Assembly: GCA_965649765.1 (NCBI GenBank)
Contig: OZ287751.1
Span: forward strand, 11,656,001 to 11,720,000
From: Bispira polyomma
Lineage: Eukaryota
Direction: 5' to 3'
Length of the DNA stretch: 64,000 nucleotides
Of this stretch, positions 27,293-40,217 are shown in pieces; the first letter of the stretch is position 1, and the number at the start of each line of letters is the position of its first letter. A program made the translations under genes and the position numbers. The notes beneath the pieces were generated by a model. That model was not told the origin of the DNA and did no database searches. It saw nothing but the letters and a program-made list of their open reading frames with translations.

Positions 27293-30200
27293 TTAGTCAT
27301 GTATGTCATTATAGATAAATCCTGAGTGTAATCTTGTGTAGTCTTTGTGGAAAAATGCATTTGCCTACATTTATTCCATAAGGTTTCTAGAATCTTGTGT
27401 AGAATCTGAATGAATCTTGGGGTGTTATAGGGTAACTTGTAGATATGGCAGAAAGTTGTCAAGATAAGTATTAATAAATCCTGGCTACTCCTACCATAGC
27501 CTGGCAATGTTGTGAGGTCTAAGTATAATCAGAAATGGTCCTAGCATTCTGGTACAAAAACTTGTGGTGTTATTGTTATGACTCTGTTGGATCTTTGAAA
27601 GTCATGGTCATTTTGTTCACCGTGGTTCTGTCTATAGGACGTGGATGTGGGGCCTATGCAATGGAAACTCCTGGATCTACCCCATTTACCTGGATCTGCT
27701 ACCAAATATAAAGGATTAATGACACTTGGTACATCCCCCATCCCCACTAAGTTATTGTAAATTAGTTGGGCAGTTTTTGTGTGGAACTCTGCCTAGAACA
27801 AACAAACCTAACCAGACAAAAACATCACCCTTCTTGTCAAAATTAAACAATACTTTTAGAACTTCATTGATAGTAAACAACTGGAGCAGAAAAAACACAG
27901 TAAAAATATTAAGGCTTTATGACGTCAGTCTTAATGCTCTGTCACAAAATTTTGAAACGGTTCTACTCCAAACTGTAGTCATGAAAAAAAAAAAATTACA
28001 GCTACCGACGCTAGGCTCTACTGGTGCTTTGATAGAGTTGAAGAACTGAAATGTCCATCAAGTACAGCTTGACACTATTTAAATCTTCTCTATGAAATCA
28101 CTGTTTGTAGAATCTAACACAAATATGTAATTATTTGTTGAGCTTTTGTAACCAGAGTTTCTGCCTGACTGAAAACATCAAGAAAAAATATATTTTAGTA
28201 TAATGGCACTATCTGTTTAAAAAAGTAAAATATTACCAACAATATATGTCAGTTGTGATTATATTATCTGTCATTTGGCCTAGTATGTAATACACTTGCT
28301 TTTGGACTGGAACAGGCAGAGATGTAATGGTTTGGATGATGACTAGCAGTCCCCATCCCTAGTGGCAGACTTAATAATGTTGACGATTTTGACAAAATCT
28401 TCTTCATCAAGACTCTGTCTTCACTTAGAGGAATGACAGTTACTGGTGCTAGTTGGCTGCACTTGGGCAGCCAAGAGAATGGTTAATCAGGGCCTCTGAA
28501 TAACAGACAAAAGAGAATGTATACTTGAATATAAATACGAATTTTTCAGATAGCATAATTAATTCTTAGATGAAGTGAGATATTGAAAATTAATTCATTC
28601 AATTAAAACATTTTGAGAGAAAAATATTGAAAATAGTTATTTTACTATGTCATGCTGGAATTATTTTGTCACTAAGCGCCAACCACAACTTGAGGCATTA
28701 CAATTAGTTCAGAAGTCATCTGAGCCATTCTGCATGCTATTACCCACTAGGCCTCTGTGGAAGCCAGACAGAAACCTTGACAAAAAAAACAAAAAACACT
28801 GAACTGCTACATTAATTTAAATCACCTTTATTTTACTGTTATCTCATATCTTTAGGTCATCTTAAGTTAAGGTAACATTCACATTTGGTCAGGTCTTGAT
28901 ACACTTAAGTAATCCAAAATTAAGTGAAGATAGGTTTAACTGTATTAAGGTGGCCTTGTCTCTAGTTTTGTATATACAAATAGTGCATACCTCCTGAACA
29001 AACTACAGCTTTTTCCACTTTCAAAATCAAATATACAAGGTCATGTCTCACAGGAGGAACATTGGATTTTCCAACAAGTGTTTGAAAAAAATGAAATCAT
29101 AGGGAGATTTGTGTCAACATGTTTGAATATATACCGCTTCATTCTACATTCAAGAACAATTTCTTCCGGTGATTAGACACAGTTGTTAACACCAGCCGCC
29201 TTTCCGGAAACTCCTACAACACTTTAAAGGCCTCTTTGCCAACCCACACTTATAAGTGACAGTTTAAAAGCACTTGATTGGCCAACATGGAAATCTCCTT
29301 TAGGAAGTTCTTTCATCAAAATCATTTTAAAAAAGGCAAAAAAAAACAAAAAGGCAAAAAACTCTTACATAAAAATACCTATATGAAGATAAAAGCTTGA
29401 TTTTTTATTATGTTTCTCCTTAAAATTTGCAAATACTCATCTATTACTAGATGGAAGTGAGACAGACATTATTAACTCACTTCTCCACCTCAACATTTAT
29501 GTGCTGGTTATAAATGAACTCTGATCATGAACCTTTTTTTCCTATCGCACTATTCTTTTGCACATTGACTGGGATGTGTACTACAAAGAATGTCTGGTCT
29601 TCGATTGTAGTGCTATAGAGGTATAACATTATAATTATCAGCAGATAATTTTCGTGTGATTATACTATGTCATCCACATTATAATAATATATGGCCCTAT
29701 ATTTATTGTAGCACAACAAATTTCTGATCTAAACAGACAAAACATTGAAAATCGTCATCAATCTGCTTACAGAAAATTCCACTCTACAGAAAGTGCCCTT
29801 TTTTTCTATCAGCAATGATATCAATCTTGCACTAGACCGCAATGAAACAGTGGCCCTCACCCTTCTAGATCTTTCAGCAGCATTCGACACTATTGAGTAT
29901 GGCCTGCTCTGTGACACTCTCAAGCAGTGGTTTAGGATAAATGGCAGTGTTCTTAAATGGATCAGATCTTACCTTACTATTTGAGCACAAGAATTAAGTT
30001 AGATGATAACTTATCCTCTTTCATAAACTTACTATACAGAGTACCCCAGGGATCCGTCCTTGGCCCTCTACTTTTCACCCTTTATACACATCCTCTCAGC
30101 ATTGTCATCAATAATCATAACATAAAACACCAGATGTACGCAGATGACATTCAAGTCTATCTCTCTCTCAACCCTCAAAATGCAAATAAAAATATTGACC

Positions 30201-33200
30201 TACTTGCAGACTGTCTGTCCGATGTCCAGGCGGGAATGAACTACTCTAGACTAAAACTAAATCTGAACAAAACAGAATTCATTCTCATTAGAAGCAAGAA
30301 AAATAATGAATTCTTAAAATCTTTGTTTCCAATCTCCCTTCCGCAAAAAGACATACTACCTTCAGTAAATGCCAAAAACCTGGGTGTCACTTTCAATTTA
30401 GCTTTTTCATTTGACACTCATGTTGCTAACATCTGTTGCTCCTGCTAGTACCATATACGCAACATCAAAAGAATACGAAAACATCTGTCAATGGACACAG
30501 CGAGAACTGTGGCTAACGTCCTCATTTGCAGCCGCTTTGACTACTGTAACTTTCTTCTGCTCGGAGTAAACAAGTCACAGATCAAAAAGCTCCAGTCCAT
30601 CCAAAACTACCTGTGCAAGGTTATTTTTGCTTGGGTTGTCACACAGATGTCACTCCTTACCTCAAAAAAATTCACTAACTGCCCATTCACTGTCGTATTT
30701 TTTTCAAGATTCAAGTTACCGCTTTCAAGGCTGTAGTCACTCAACAGCCCTCTTACTTTGCTTCCCTTCTCTTCTTCAGTAACCGTAAGAGAGGCAACAG
30801 ACTCTCTATTTCTTCGGTCAGACCCATCACGAAGGAGGGATCCAAAGCATTCTCCATTGCAGCTCCTTTGTTGTGGAACAAGCTCCCAGTTTACCTTAGA
30901 TCAGTTGATACACTTAAAAAAAAAAGCTTAAAACCTATCTTTTTAACCGTGCCTACCCACCTTAGCTTACCTTGTACATGCTCCCACCTCTTTCCTTACG
31001 ACTTTGCTTTGCCCATGGACTTTACAATTCGAATAATGAATTTTGCTGTGGCTCTTTGGAAGATGCCTCGAATCAATAAAGCGCATTAAAAATTCATAAT
31101 AACAATAATAAAAATAATAGGAGTAATTATTTCTGTGTGTTATATGGATAAAAGTAACATATTAGGTTGACCCTTTCGCGAAGCATCTAAATTATTCAAA
31201 CACTTATAACCACATTAAAACGAATGTAATAAATACATATTGTGGTCAATTTTGTTGATATATCACTTGTTATATGGGGCCCACATGTTCCTATGTATAG
31301 TCATACATTGGCTTCCTATTAATTATCAAATTTTGATTTAAAATCAATGTCATAACTGTATATCTGTTGTCTCTCCACATCCCTCCTACTGTGCTACTCA
31401 TCTCTTAACTTTCGACTTTTCTGTGTCCTCTGCTAAGCTTTCTCAATCAGTGCCCTTGTGTTATGCAGTAGTCTCCAAGTTGAGCTTAGCTAGCTACCTC
31501 CCCTAACTATCTCCCTGTAGCCTCTCCTAACTCCTTCCTTACAATCTGCATATTGTATCTCAATTGGTTCATTTATTCTGTTGTTGCACTTTAGATGATG
31601 CCTCTCATCAAGAAGGCATGTTTAAAATGCAAAAATACAATGCACTCGCCTACCACCTGGGTTGGCATTATTGTGTTTTTGTTAAAAAGTTGCTACTTTG
31701 CACCAACCACCCTTTTTGGATTTCTTCTCCCATTCACTACGAGACAAATCGTCATGACAGTGATGTTAAACCAAACCATAATCTTGTTGATTGATATGCA
31801 ACACTTCCTGTTTGAGGAGGGATATTTGGCAATTACTATATAATCACCTTTGTACATAATTTTATGAGCATGTATCACTTTTATGGAGTGATATTTTATT
31901 AGCAATAGATGACTGATCAATATATTTGTAATTCTTTCCATCACAAAACAATGACTGAAAAATGCAAGGATTAATGCATAACCAGCAAGGTTGTCACACA
32001 AGCTCATAAAATACTTAATGCAGAAAGACCTTGGTGACACAAAAGGAAAATAGGGCAGTGAAGAAATACACAAAACTCCACTTACGTTTTGATGAGGCTG
32101 AACAACAAAAACTGCTTTTACCTCATTAAGTGTAAGGTTGAATGTGTCACTGAATGCTTGAAAAAGTCAGAGCTAATATTTCCCTTTAACAAGTTTTTCT
32201 TACTTAATTGGTTTGAATGCTTATATGGAAATGCTTATAATTATGTAGACTCGGAAGAAAGAACTTTTTCCCTAAACACCACTGTGTAAAGTCCATAAGT
32301 TTAATAATGCTGTACAAGCTAATTGAAAAACCACATTTTAGTGACATTCCAGTAATTTTGAAAAGTTGACTGTAGTAACAGCATATTATTTTACATTTGA
32401 GAGCTGTTTTCAAATATGATCCTAACATAATATCCTTGCAATGCAATTATTTGCCTTAATAAAAAGTCATGGATGGAAATACTTTATTGCTGACCTTAAT
32501 AAATAATGTTTTGTTAACATAAGACAGATATTGCTCCCTGGAGTGACATTGTGCTTATTTTCATTTGGTTAAAATGTGAAATAAATGTCTAATATGCAAA
32601 ATAAGTCACTAATACACATTTGATTTACTATGGAAGTTTCATCTAAAATGAACACATTGGACAGAAAGATCAGTGGAATCTTTAAAAAATCACACTTTTT
32701 ACAGTATAGTTTCAATAAAAATAGAAAGCGGTTTTAACTTCCTGCCAAATTAGTCGAAATTCTGCAACTTAAACTGATGGTTTGAGTCAAATACTATAGC
32801 TATAAATTTCCTTATTAAGGGTATAGCCTAGACAACTTAGCAGTAATTTTAATGGAGCTTTTAGTGAGGCAATCAAATTTGTTCTCGGATTTTAGACATA
32901 TTTAGTGTACACTAAGATGAGACAGAAGATATTTTGAGATATTTTGTGAGTGTAAGTTTTAGGGCATTTAATCAATACAGACCCTGATGTCAACTCAACC
33001 CTGGGGACCAACAAACAATAGCCCTTTGGTGAAGTGGAGAGACACAACCTTCTTAAAAGGACAAGGGGAGTAGTTTAGGAAAGCAACAATTTGGTATCAT
33101 TCATATTACAGATATGGAAGTTGTGATTTCGTTCTCTAACAAAATATATAATTCCAGTTATGTAGATTTCTACAGGACAACAGACACTTGCACAAATAAG

Positions 33201-34749
33201 TTTTAAACTTCTTCCAAATTTTTAATGAGTGTTAGAGATAATGCCCCCTCAAATGTTAGAGTTGAGAATATATTTTTATTCCAAGTTAAAACTACATTAT
33301 CTTCAAACTAAGGTAAGGCCACTTTAAGATGTAAGACAAAATTAGCGTAAACCAGCTTAAGGTTACCTGGGCTTAATGCTCAGGTTGCTTCACTTTGAGG
33401 TTACCTTAACTTTACAGTTAATGTTGTGACATGAGTCAGTTTAAGGTCACATAAGTTTAAGTCTTGAGTTACTTGACTTTTGGGTAACCTTAATTGACGT
33501 TTAAGGTTGTACAAAGTTGCTAAGTAATAAAATTTAAGGTTGTCTTAAATTAGGAGTTCATGTATATGATTTTATTGGTAATATCAGCTACGAATGGATA
33601 AATGAGATAAAAAATAGCACTAAAGTACTGTAAAAATACACCTCTTACACTCATTATAAGGTGTTTAGAGTTAAAGTCCCAACTGCCTCAGGATTTAATT
33701 CAAATCCTGTAAATCAATTTAAGTAGCATTGTGACCTCTGAAGTGTTTACCAGGGACCTAATCCAGCAAAAACTAAATCATATTCAAACTATCCTGCCAA
33801 ATAATCTATTTTGTTTTTGGGTGAGTGCAAAAAAAATGCTCCCTCGAGTTTGGAATACATATTGATTCTAAGTTCAAACTACATTACTTTCAAGCTGAGA
33901 TAAGGCCACCTTAAGATGAAAGACAAACTTAGCGTAAACCAGCTTAAGGTTACCTGGGTTTAAGGCTTAGGTTGCTTTACTTTAAAGTTACCTTAATTTT
34001 ACGGTTAATGTTGTGACATGCGTCAGTTTAAGGTCACATGAGTTTAAATTTTGGGTTGGTTGATATTATGGTGACCTTGATTTATGGTTAAGGTTGCTAA
34101 AGTTTTTAAGTAATAACATTTCAGAGGGCCTTAAATTAAGAGTTTAAGTATATGATTTGACAGGTGATAAAAACTAGGAATGAATAAATGAGATAATAAG
34201 AGCACTAAAATAGTGTAAAAATACCACTCTGACACTCATTATGAGGTGTATAGAGTTAAAGTCCTAACTGCCTCAGGATTTAATAAAATTCCTGTAAATC
34301 AATTTAAGTAACATTGTGACCTCTGAAGTGTTTACCAGGAAACTTATCCAGCAAAAACTAAATCATACTTAAACTACTCTGTAAACTATTTAACTGTATA
34401 TTGATTAATAAATTTTGTGTACAGTTGCATATGTTACCCATTTTTTATAAATGTAGTTTTTTGTTAAAGTGGATTGAAGTTTGACATTTTGCATGAATGT
34501 TTTGCAGAATTGGTTAACAATTAAAGCAAAGTATACATTTCATATGATATTCCAACTAATTATATAATATACTTGATGATTAATAGACCATCTATTTTTT
34601 TGTCGTGTTTAACACAGTATAAAAAATCCTCTCAACCCTATAACTGCAATTGGTAAATCCATTAGTTGCAGGTTTTGTTACTGACTTTTCCCATTCAAAT
34701 CAATGATCAGAAGCCTTGAAACAGAAAACAACAACAAATGGACTACTTA
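27293..34749 (+). repeat. Diverged tandem duplication, copy 2 (with LINE insertion and internal ~550-bp duplication 33240-33790/33835-34375)
   Basis: Colinear blocks, e.g. 23030/28670, 24730/31590, 26205/32962. Confidence 0.9.
29740..31119 (+). mobile_element. 5'-truncated L2/Crack-type LINE
   Basis: LLDLSAAFDTI, VPQGSVLGPLLF, YADDIQVY, LWNKLP; frameshifts; (aat)n tail; absent from duplication copy 1. Confidence 0.9.
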
Positions 34750-35694
34750 AAAGTACTTCTGTGATTGGTTGATGTGACAAGCCTTTGACAAAGCTTACAT
34801 CATGCTTCAACTAGAACTGAAAGGAATCTGGAACAGTTGAAACTATCAGAATCTAATGAAAAAAGATTTTTACATCTCCCTTTTAATACTGTGCTTTTAC
34901 AGTAAATGTGCCTCTAGTATTTAATTGTAAACACATACTTTTTCTAATATTAGATTATTTGCCCTGTGTCTATTTGTTTGTTATCTTATCTAGATTTAGA
35001 CAAACGATCTTTTTCCTGTTCTTTATGTTCACCCTTCACTTTAGAATTGTATACTTTAACCAATTAATCTCTTACCTTGCCTTCAATGTCAAACAACGGG
35101 GTTAAAATCTCTACTTTTTATAGCATGGAGTTGCCTGCCTATTCTTAGCCAGTAAGTGTGCGGGGTAGCCCCATAGGGGTTAGCTAGGTCATTGCTCCCA
35201 GTCATTTTGTAAAACTATTCTTGTTCAACTGACCCCTATTCTAATTGGTCTTGGGTGGACTAATTAACCCAGCTTTTCCCGCTAAATCTCTGAAATAACC
35301 AGTACAAACTAAACTACCAAGGAGGCAACACCGCCATCTTAATTATATTTTATTTTGTTTTATGTTTTTACACAATTTTAATCACCATAGTCAAACTTTT
35401 ATAGTGATGTTGTGGATTATAGTCTATGCTGTTTCACAGGGAGATTGTTCTCACTACTGACCACTTGATGTCGGATTTGATGTGTTTTAACTCATACTTT
35501 GAGTCTTGCTTATATTGCTTGGGTTTCTGACCATAAGCTACGTGTAGAGGAAAGTTATTCAAAAAATACTAGTCAAATTGACCTTTGGTCTGCCTTGTGT
35601 TTATAAATAACCTTTCTAAATTCCTCTAGCAATATTTGCAAGTATCAAAGGCCGAGTGTTCTTTGTATTATTTCCAGAGACATAAACAAAAATT

Positions 35695-36692
35695 ATGGCT
35701 CCTCGTAAAACATATGACTGCCAGAAATGTGGACAAAATCATGTTAAACCAATAGATGATAGATGTAAATTAGCAAACACTTTATTGTCGGAGAACTCTG
35801 TTCAAGCGAATGCAAGTCAAACTCCTGTTGGTGATACTAACTCTCAAATCCTACGTGAATTGCGAGCACTGGGGGGTCGTATGACCCTAATTGAGCAACA
35901 GGTTAGGCATTCAGAACATAGAGCGCAGTCCTTGTCCAGTTCACCACTGATGACCACACCCATGCGCACAAGCCAGGAACAGAGACCTACCTCGACACTA
36001 GTGGATCCGGAAGATGTCCTCGTTCCTTCTTTGCAAACCCTGCGAGACTCCCAGCAGTTGCAGTCAGCAGTCGACACCCGCCTCAAAGAACTGGCTGTTA
36101 TTAACGAGGCAGGTATGTTTAAGTCACAGAGGGGGGGGGGGGGGGGACAGATACTGTATGGGTTAAAAATAAAGTACCATGGCCCCAAACTTTGATTCTA
36201 GGGGGGCAAAATAAGGGCAGGTTGTCCTATGACTCTCTTTCCATGGCTCAATGGTTGGCTGGCTTCACCAGCATTATTAGAGATGAAAGTGATGTAACTA
36301 TTAAAAACCAAATTCTTGAATACCTCTCTGATTTGATGGAAGATGCTCATGACTTCTCTTGGAATTCAGCTAAGGGCAGTCATGCAGTGTTACTTTGCAA
36401 AATGGAAGAGGGAAAAATTACATGGGGGGATTCCCACAAACTAGACAGAATAAGAAGAGCTCATGCTCAAAAAGTAGTAAATTCAGGTCAAAATTTAACT
36501 CAAAACAATTCCAAGAGAAGTCATGACAAAGGGGCTCCATGCAAATACTATCAGAAAGGTACTTGCTCCCAAAAAGGGGACCACGAAACCAGGGGCCAAT
36601 CCTACCTCCATGTCTGTAGTGTATGTTTTGCATTGGGTCGCTCCCATGCCCATCCTTCTAAAGACTGTCGAAAAAATACAAAAAACGAATGA
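35695..36692 (+). pseudogene. E2 gag (frameshift in G16 run 36131-36146)
   Basis: N-terminal CQKCGQNH..C knuckle; MEDAHDFSW; C-terminal CKYYQKGTC..H..CSVC..H..C. Confidence 0.85.
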
Positions 36693-39222
36693 GGCACTGC
36701 AGCTGTGCAGTGCCCAAAATGTTTCTCAGTAATCAAACCTGTAAAAAGGACAGACAATTTGTGTGTCGTAATAATTTTAATGACAGAGTTGTACATAGTA
36801 GTGTATGTGATGTGTATGGTAGTAGTCACTGGAGAACTGATTGGGCTCATTTCAAACAAATGTCATACGCAGATGTATTAAAAAGGGGCAAGGCAAAAAC
36901 CAGTTTCAGGAGTAATTTGAGTAGAAAAACTGACAGTTTCTCCAGTGATTCCTCCAGATGAATAAAAAAGTCACAACATGTATACTAGTATCTTTAATAT
37001 GTGCCATAGTACTAAAATGTGTACACAAGTACCTGATAGTAGTAAATGTGTTGTAAGAATTGTAGGAAATAATGTCAGATGCAGCACTAGCAGGGTCAAT
37101 GGAAAAGTGCCAAAGGAAAAGTCACACCTTCCCAAATCCCCTGTTAAATCAATTGTCCAAGAAAAAGGTGCCAAACTTGGGGAAACAAGTAGGTCAAAAA
37201 CCTCTGTCCACTATTCACACCTCTTGAAAGGTATGAATTCTCCAACCCCCATTCAAAACAAATTTGCAATTTTGGCCACAATAGGTGATGGGGACAATAC
37301 AAATACTGAGGTCAAACAAATCAACACCTCTGTCCCTAAAGGTGGTTGCACACCAAAGGTAAACAGCCATGGGGTTAAGCTGAACACACATACAGCAGGT
37401 AAAGGTGCGCTTACACAAGGCAGTATAGACAGTGACAAATATGATTTGGAACTGCAAATCAAACCACGCCATAAGGACTTAATAAGCAAGGCTTATAACG
37501 AAACGCGCTTCCAACTGTGGAATTCACAGATGAATGACAAATATGGTTTTATTCCCTTAGGTGAATTACAAATTCCAATTTCTGATAACCGGCATAGCTC
37601 CCAGAAGTCGTTTCAAAAAACAAAAACGACCAAATTTTATGGGTGCACAAATAGAGATAAAGTCAGAACTAAATTCAGACGCTTGGGAAAAATACCTGCA
37701 AGGCTACTGGGATACCCAGTTGCCATTTTTAGTGAGATACGGCTTTCCACTTGACTTTGACAGCAGCAGTAAACTGTTGCATACCGAAGTTAATCATAAG
37801 TCGGCTACAGATTGTCCGGACGATATTAAGGCATACCTTGATGAAGAAATAAAATATGGTGCAGTGCTGGGACCATTTAAAGAAGTTCCCATATGTGACC
37901 TTCATATCTCACCATTCATGTCAAGGGAAAAACCTGGGGCACCTCATAGACAAGTACTAATAGACCTCAGTTATCCACATGGGGAATCTGTCAATACTGC
38001 TGTAGCTAAAGACAAATACTTAGGAACACCATTCTGTCTAACCCTTCCAACCATAGACACTATCACTAGCAAAGTAATCAAACTAGGTCGTGGGACGCAG
38101 TTATATAAAATCGATGTCAGCCGGGCATTTAGGCACGTAAAGATCGACCCAGCCGACTATAATTTGCTAGGCTTAAAGCTGGAAAAATACTATGTAGATT
38201 CGTGTCTCCCCTTTGGTTTTCGGCACGGAAGTGCAAATTTTCAAAGATTAAGTGATGGCATCAGATATATAATGCAATGCAATGGCTATGACGTCACAAA
38301 TTATGTTGATGACGTCATAGGATATGGAAATGACGTCGAAAGTCAACGCTCATTTGACTTGTTGCATAAATTATTACTAGAATTAGGTTTTGCGATTAGT
38401 AACAAAAGACTAGTGTACCCCAGTACAAAAGTCACACGCTTAGGCGTCCTTGTTAATACCCAAGACTTCACAGTCTCCATACCACCAGAAAAGTTGGAAG
38501 AAATAGGTAGCATGATAAGTCTATGGAAACATAAGCAAAAATGTACAAAACGAGAACTCCAATCATTGCTGGGCAAACTACTGTACATATCAAAATGTGT
38601 ACGAGTATCCCGGGTTTTCCTTAATCGCATGTTGGACACTCTGAGACTGGCAGCCAATAGCAAAAATATAAAATTAACAACAGAATTCCATCAGGATGTA
38701 AACTGGTTTTCAAAATTTTTGCCTACATTTAATGGCAAAGCCTTTTTTTATCTTAAACCAACAACTGACTGTATACAACTCGACGCTTGCTTGCAAGGTT
38801 TTGGAGGCCGATGCAATGAACAGGTATACACCCATGACATACCTCTGTGGTATCTTAACCTCACAATTGTACACTGTGAGATGCTGAATATTTTGGTAGC
38901 CATCAGGGTATGGAAATCTCTCTGGGCAGGTAAAAGACTAATCATTCAATGTGACAATGCAGCAGTAGTCTCTATTCTCAGTTCAGGAAAAACTAAAGAT
39001 TTAACATTAGCAGCCATAGCTAGAAACATTTTCATGGAAACAGCATTGGCTGACATAAGTCTCAGAACTATTCATATATTAGGTAGAGATAACAATGTAG
39101 CAGACTTGCTGTCTCGATGGCAGCTCACAACAAATACCAATGATAAGCTCAAACAGTTTATATCCAACCCTATATGGATTCCAGTTCAAAGTAGCATGTT
39201 AGAAATTGACTGGTCTATATAA
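36689..39222 (+). pseudogene. E2 pol (N-extension, RT, RNase H; two frameshifts)
   Basis: KIDVSRAFRH, LPFGFRHGS, YVDD, LDACLQGFGG, CDNAAVV, ADLLSR in 37561-39222. Confidence 0.9.
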
Positions 39223-39228
39223 TTCCAG

Positions 39229-40217
39229 ATGTACCAGCTCACCTACAACAGATAGCCTCACAAGCATCCCACAGAGCTGACAGGGCTTTCATACCATCTA
39301 CTGAAAGATCTTATCAAAACATGTTTCGATTATTCTTAGCTTATTGTTGTTTCACTCATATTGACTGTCATTCAATTTCTCCCATGTTGCTACTCTGCTT
39401 CCTAGAGTGTTTGGTAGTCAATGATGTGTCTTCGTCCTCCATTGCAAATTACCTGTCAGTAGTCAAGGCAAAAATGGCCTTGCATGGCCTAAATGTAGCA
39501 GCGTTTGCTGACCCAAGAATCAAATATTATCAAAAATCATTAATCCTAAGTACACCATTTCGAGCTAGAATTAGGCGAATTATTGATATACCTTTACTTT
39601 GTCAAATTATTCAAATATGTGACACAATGTACATGGGCCAAGTTTTCAAAGCGGTATACCTTGTGGCTTTCTTTTGATTTTTACAAATTTCTAATTTAGT
39701 ACCATATGCAGTCACACAATTTTCACCCTTGCAACAACTGGCCCGAGGTGATATAATTTTTGCCTCTCCAGGGCTCCACATTATTGTAAAATGGACTAAA
39801 ACCCTTCAGTCCAAAAACAGGGCTAAAGTTGTGAAAATTCCGGCTCTAGGTGCTTCTCCTCTCTGCCCAGTTGCAGCAATCAGGGCCTTGCCAGCCATTA
39901 CCCCTGGCCATAAGAATGGCCCCCTATTTCAGTTTAAAAAAGATTTTACCTGGATACCACTTACTGACACTAGAGTCAGATCAAATCTTGCCCAAATACT
40001 AAAGCGCCTAGGTTTACATTCCTCAAATATTACATTCCACTCTTTCCGGTGTTCAGGTGCCATCTTAGCTTTTAACAGCAATGTCCCCATACAGGACATC
40101 CAAAGTCATGGCACCTGGACGTCGGATTGCGTCTGGAACTATAATGTCCAAGATCACAATACATCAGAACAAGTGGCAATGGCTTTCAAGGCTCTATTAT
40201 GTAGACCTACCTCCTAG
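39229..40217 (+). pseudogene. E2 tyrosine recombinase (in-frame stop 39675-39677)
   Basis: KWTK, HSFRCSGA, HGTW, WNY; first catalytic Arg appears mutated to Gln (FLQISN). Confidence 0.9.

Noticed and set aside
35152-35677. 5' UTR intron in E2 (gtaagt ... tttccag)
   Set aside because: Plausible sites, but no equivalent recognised in the other elements
36131-36146. G16 run as a programmed frameshift
   Set aside because: E4 has no such run at the homologous position; homopolymer slippage or sequencing error is more likely
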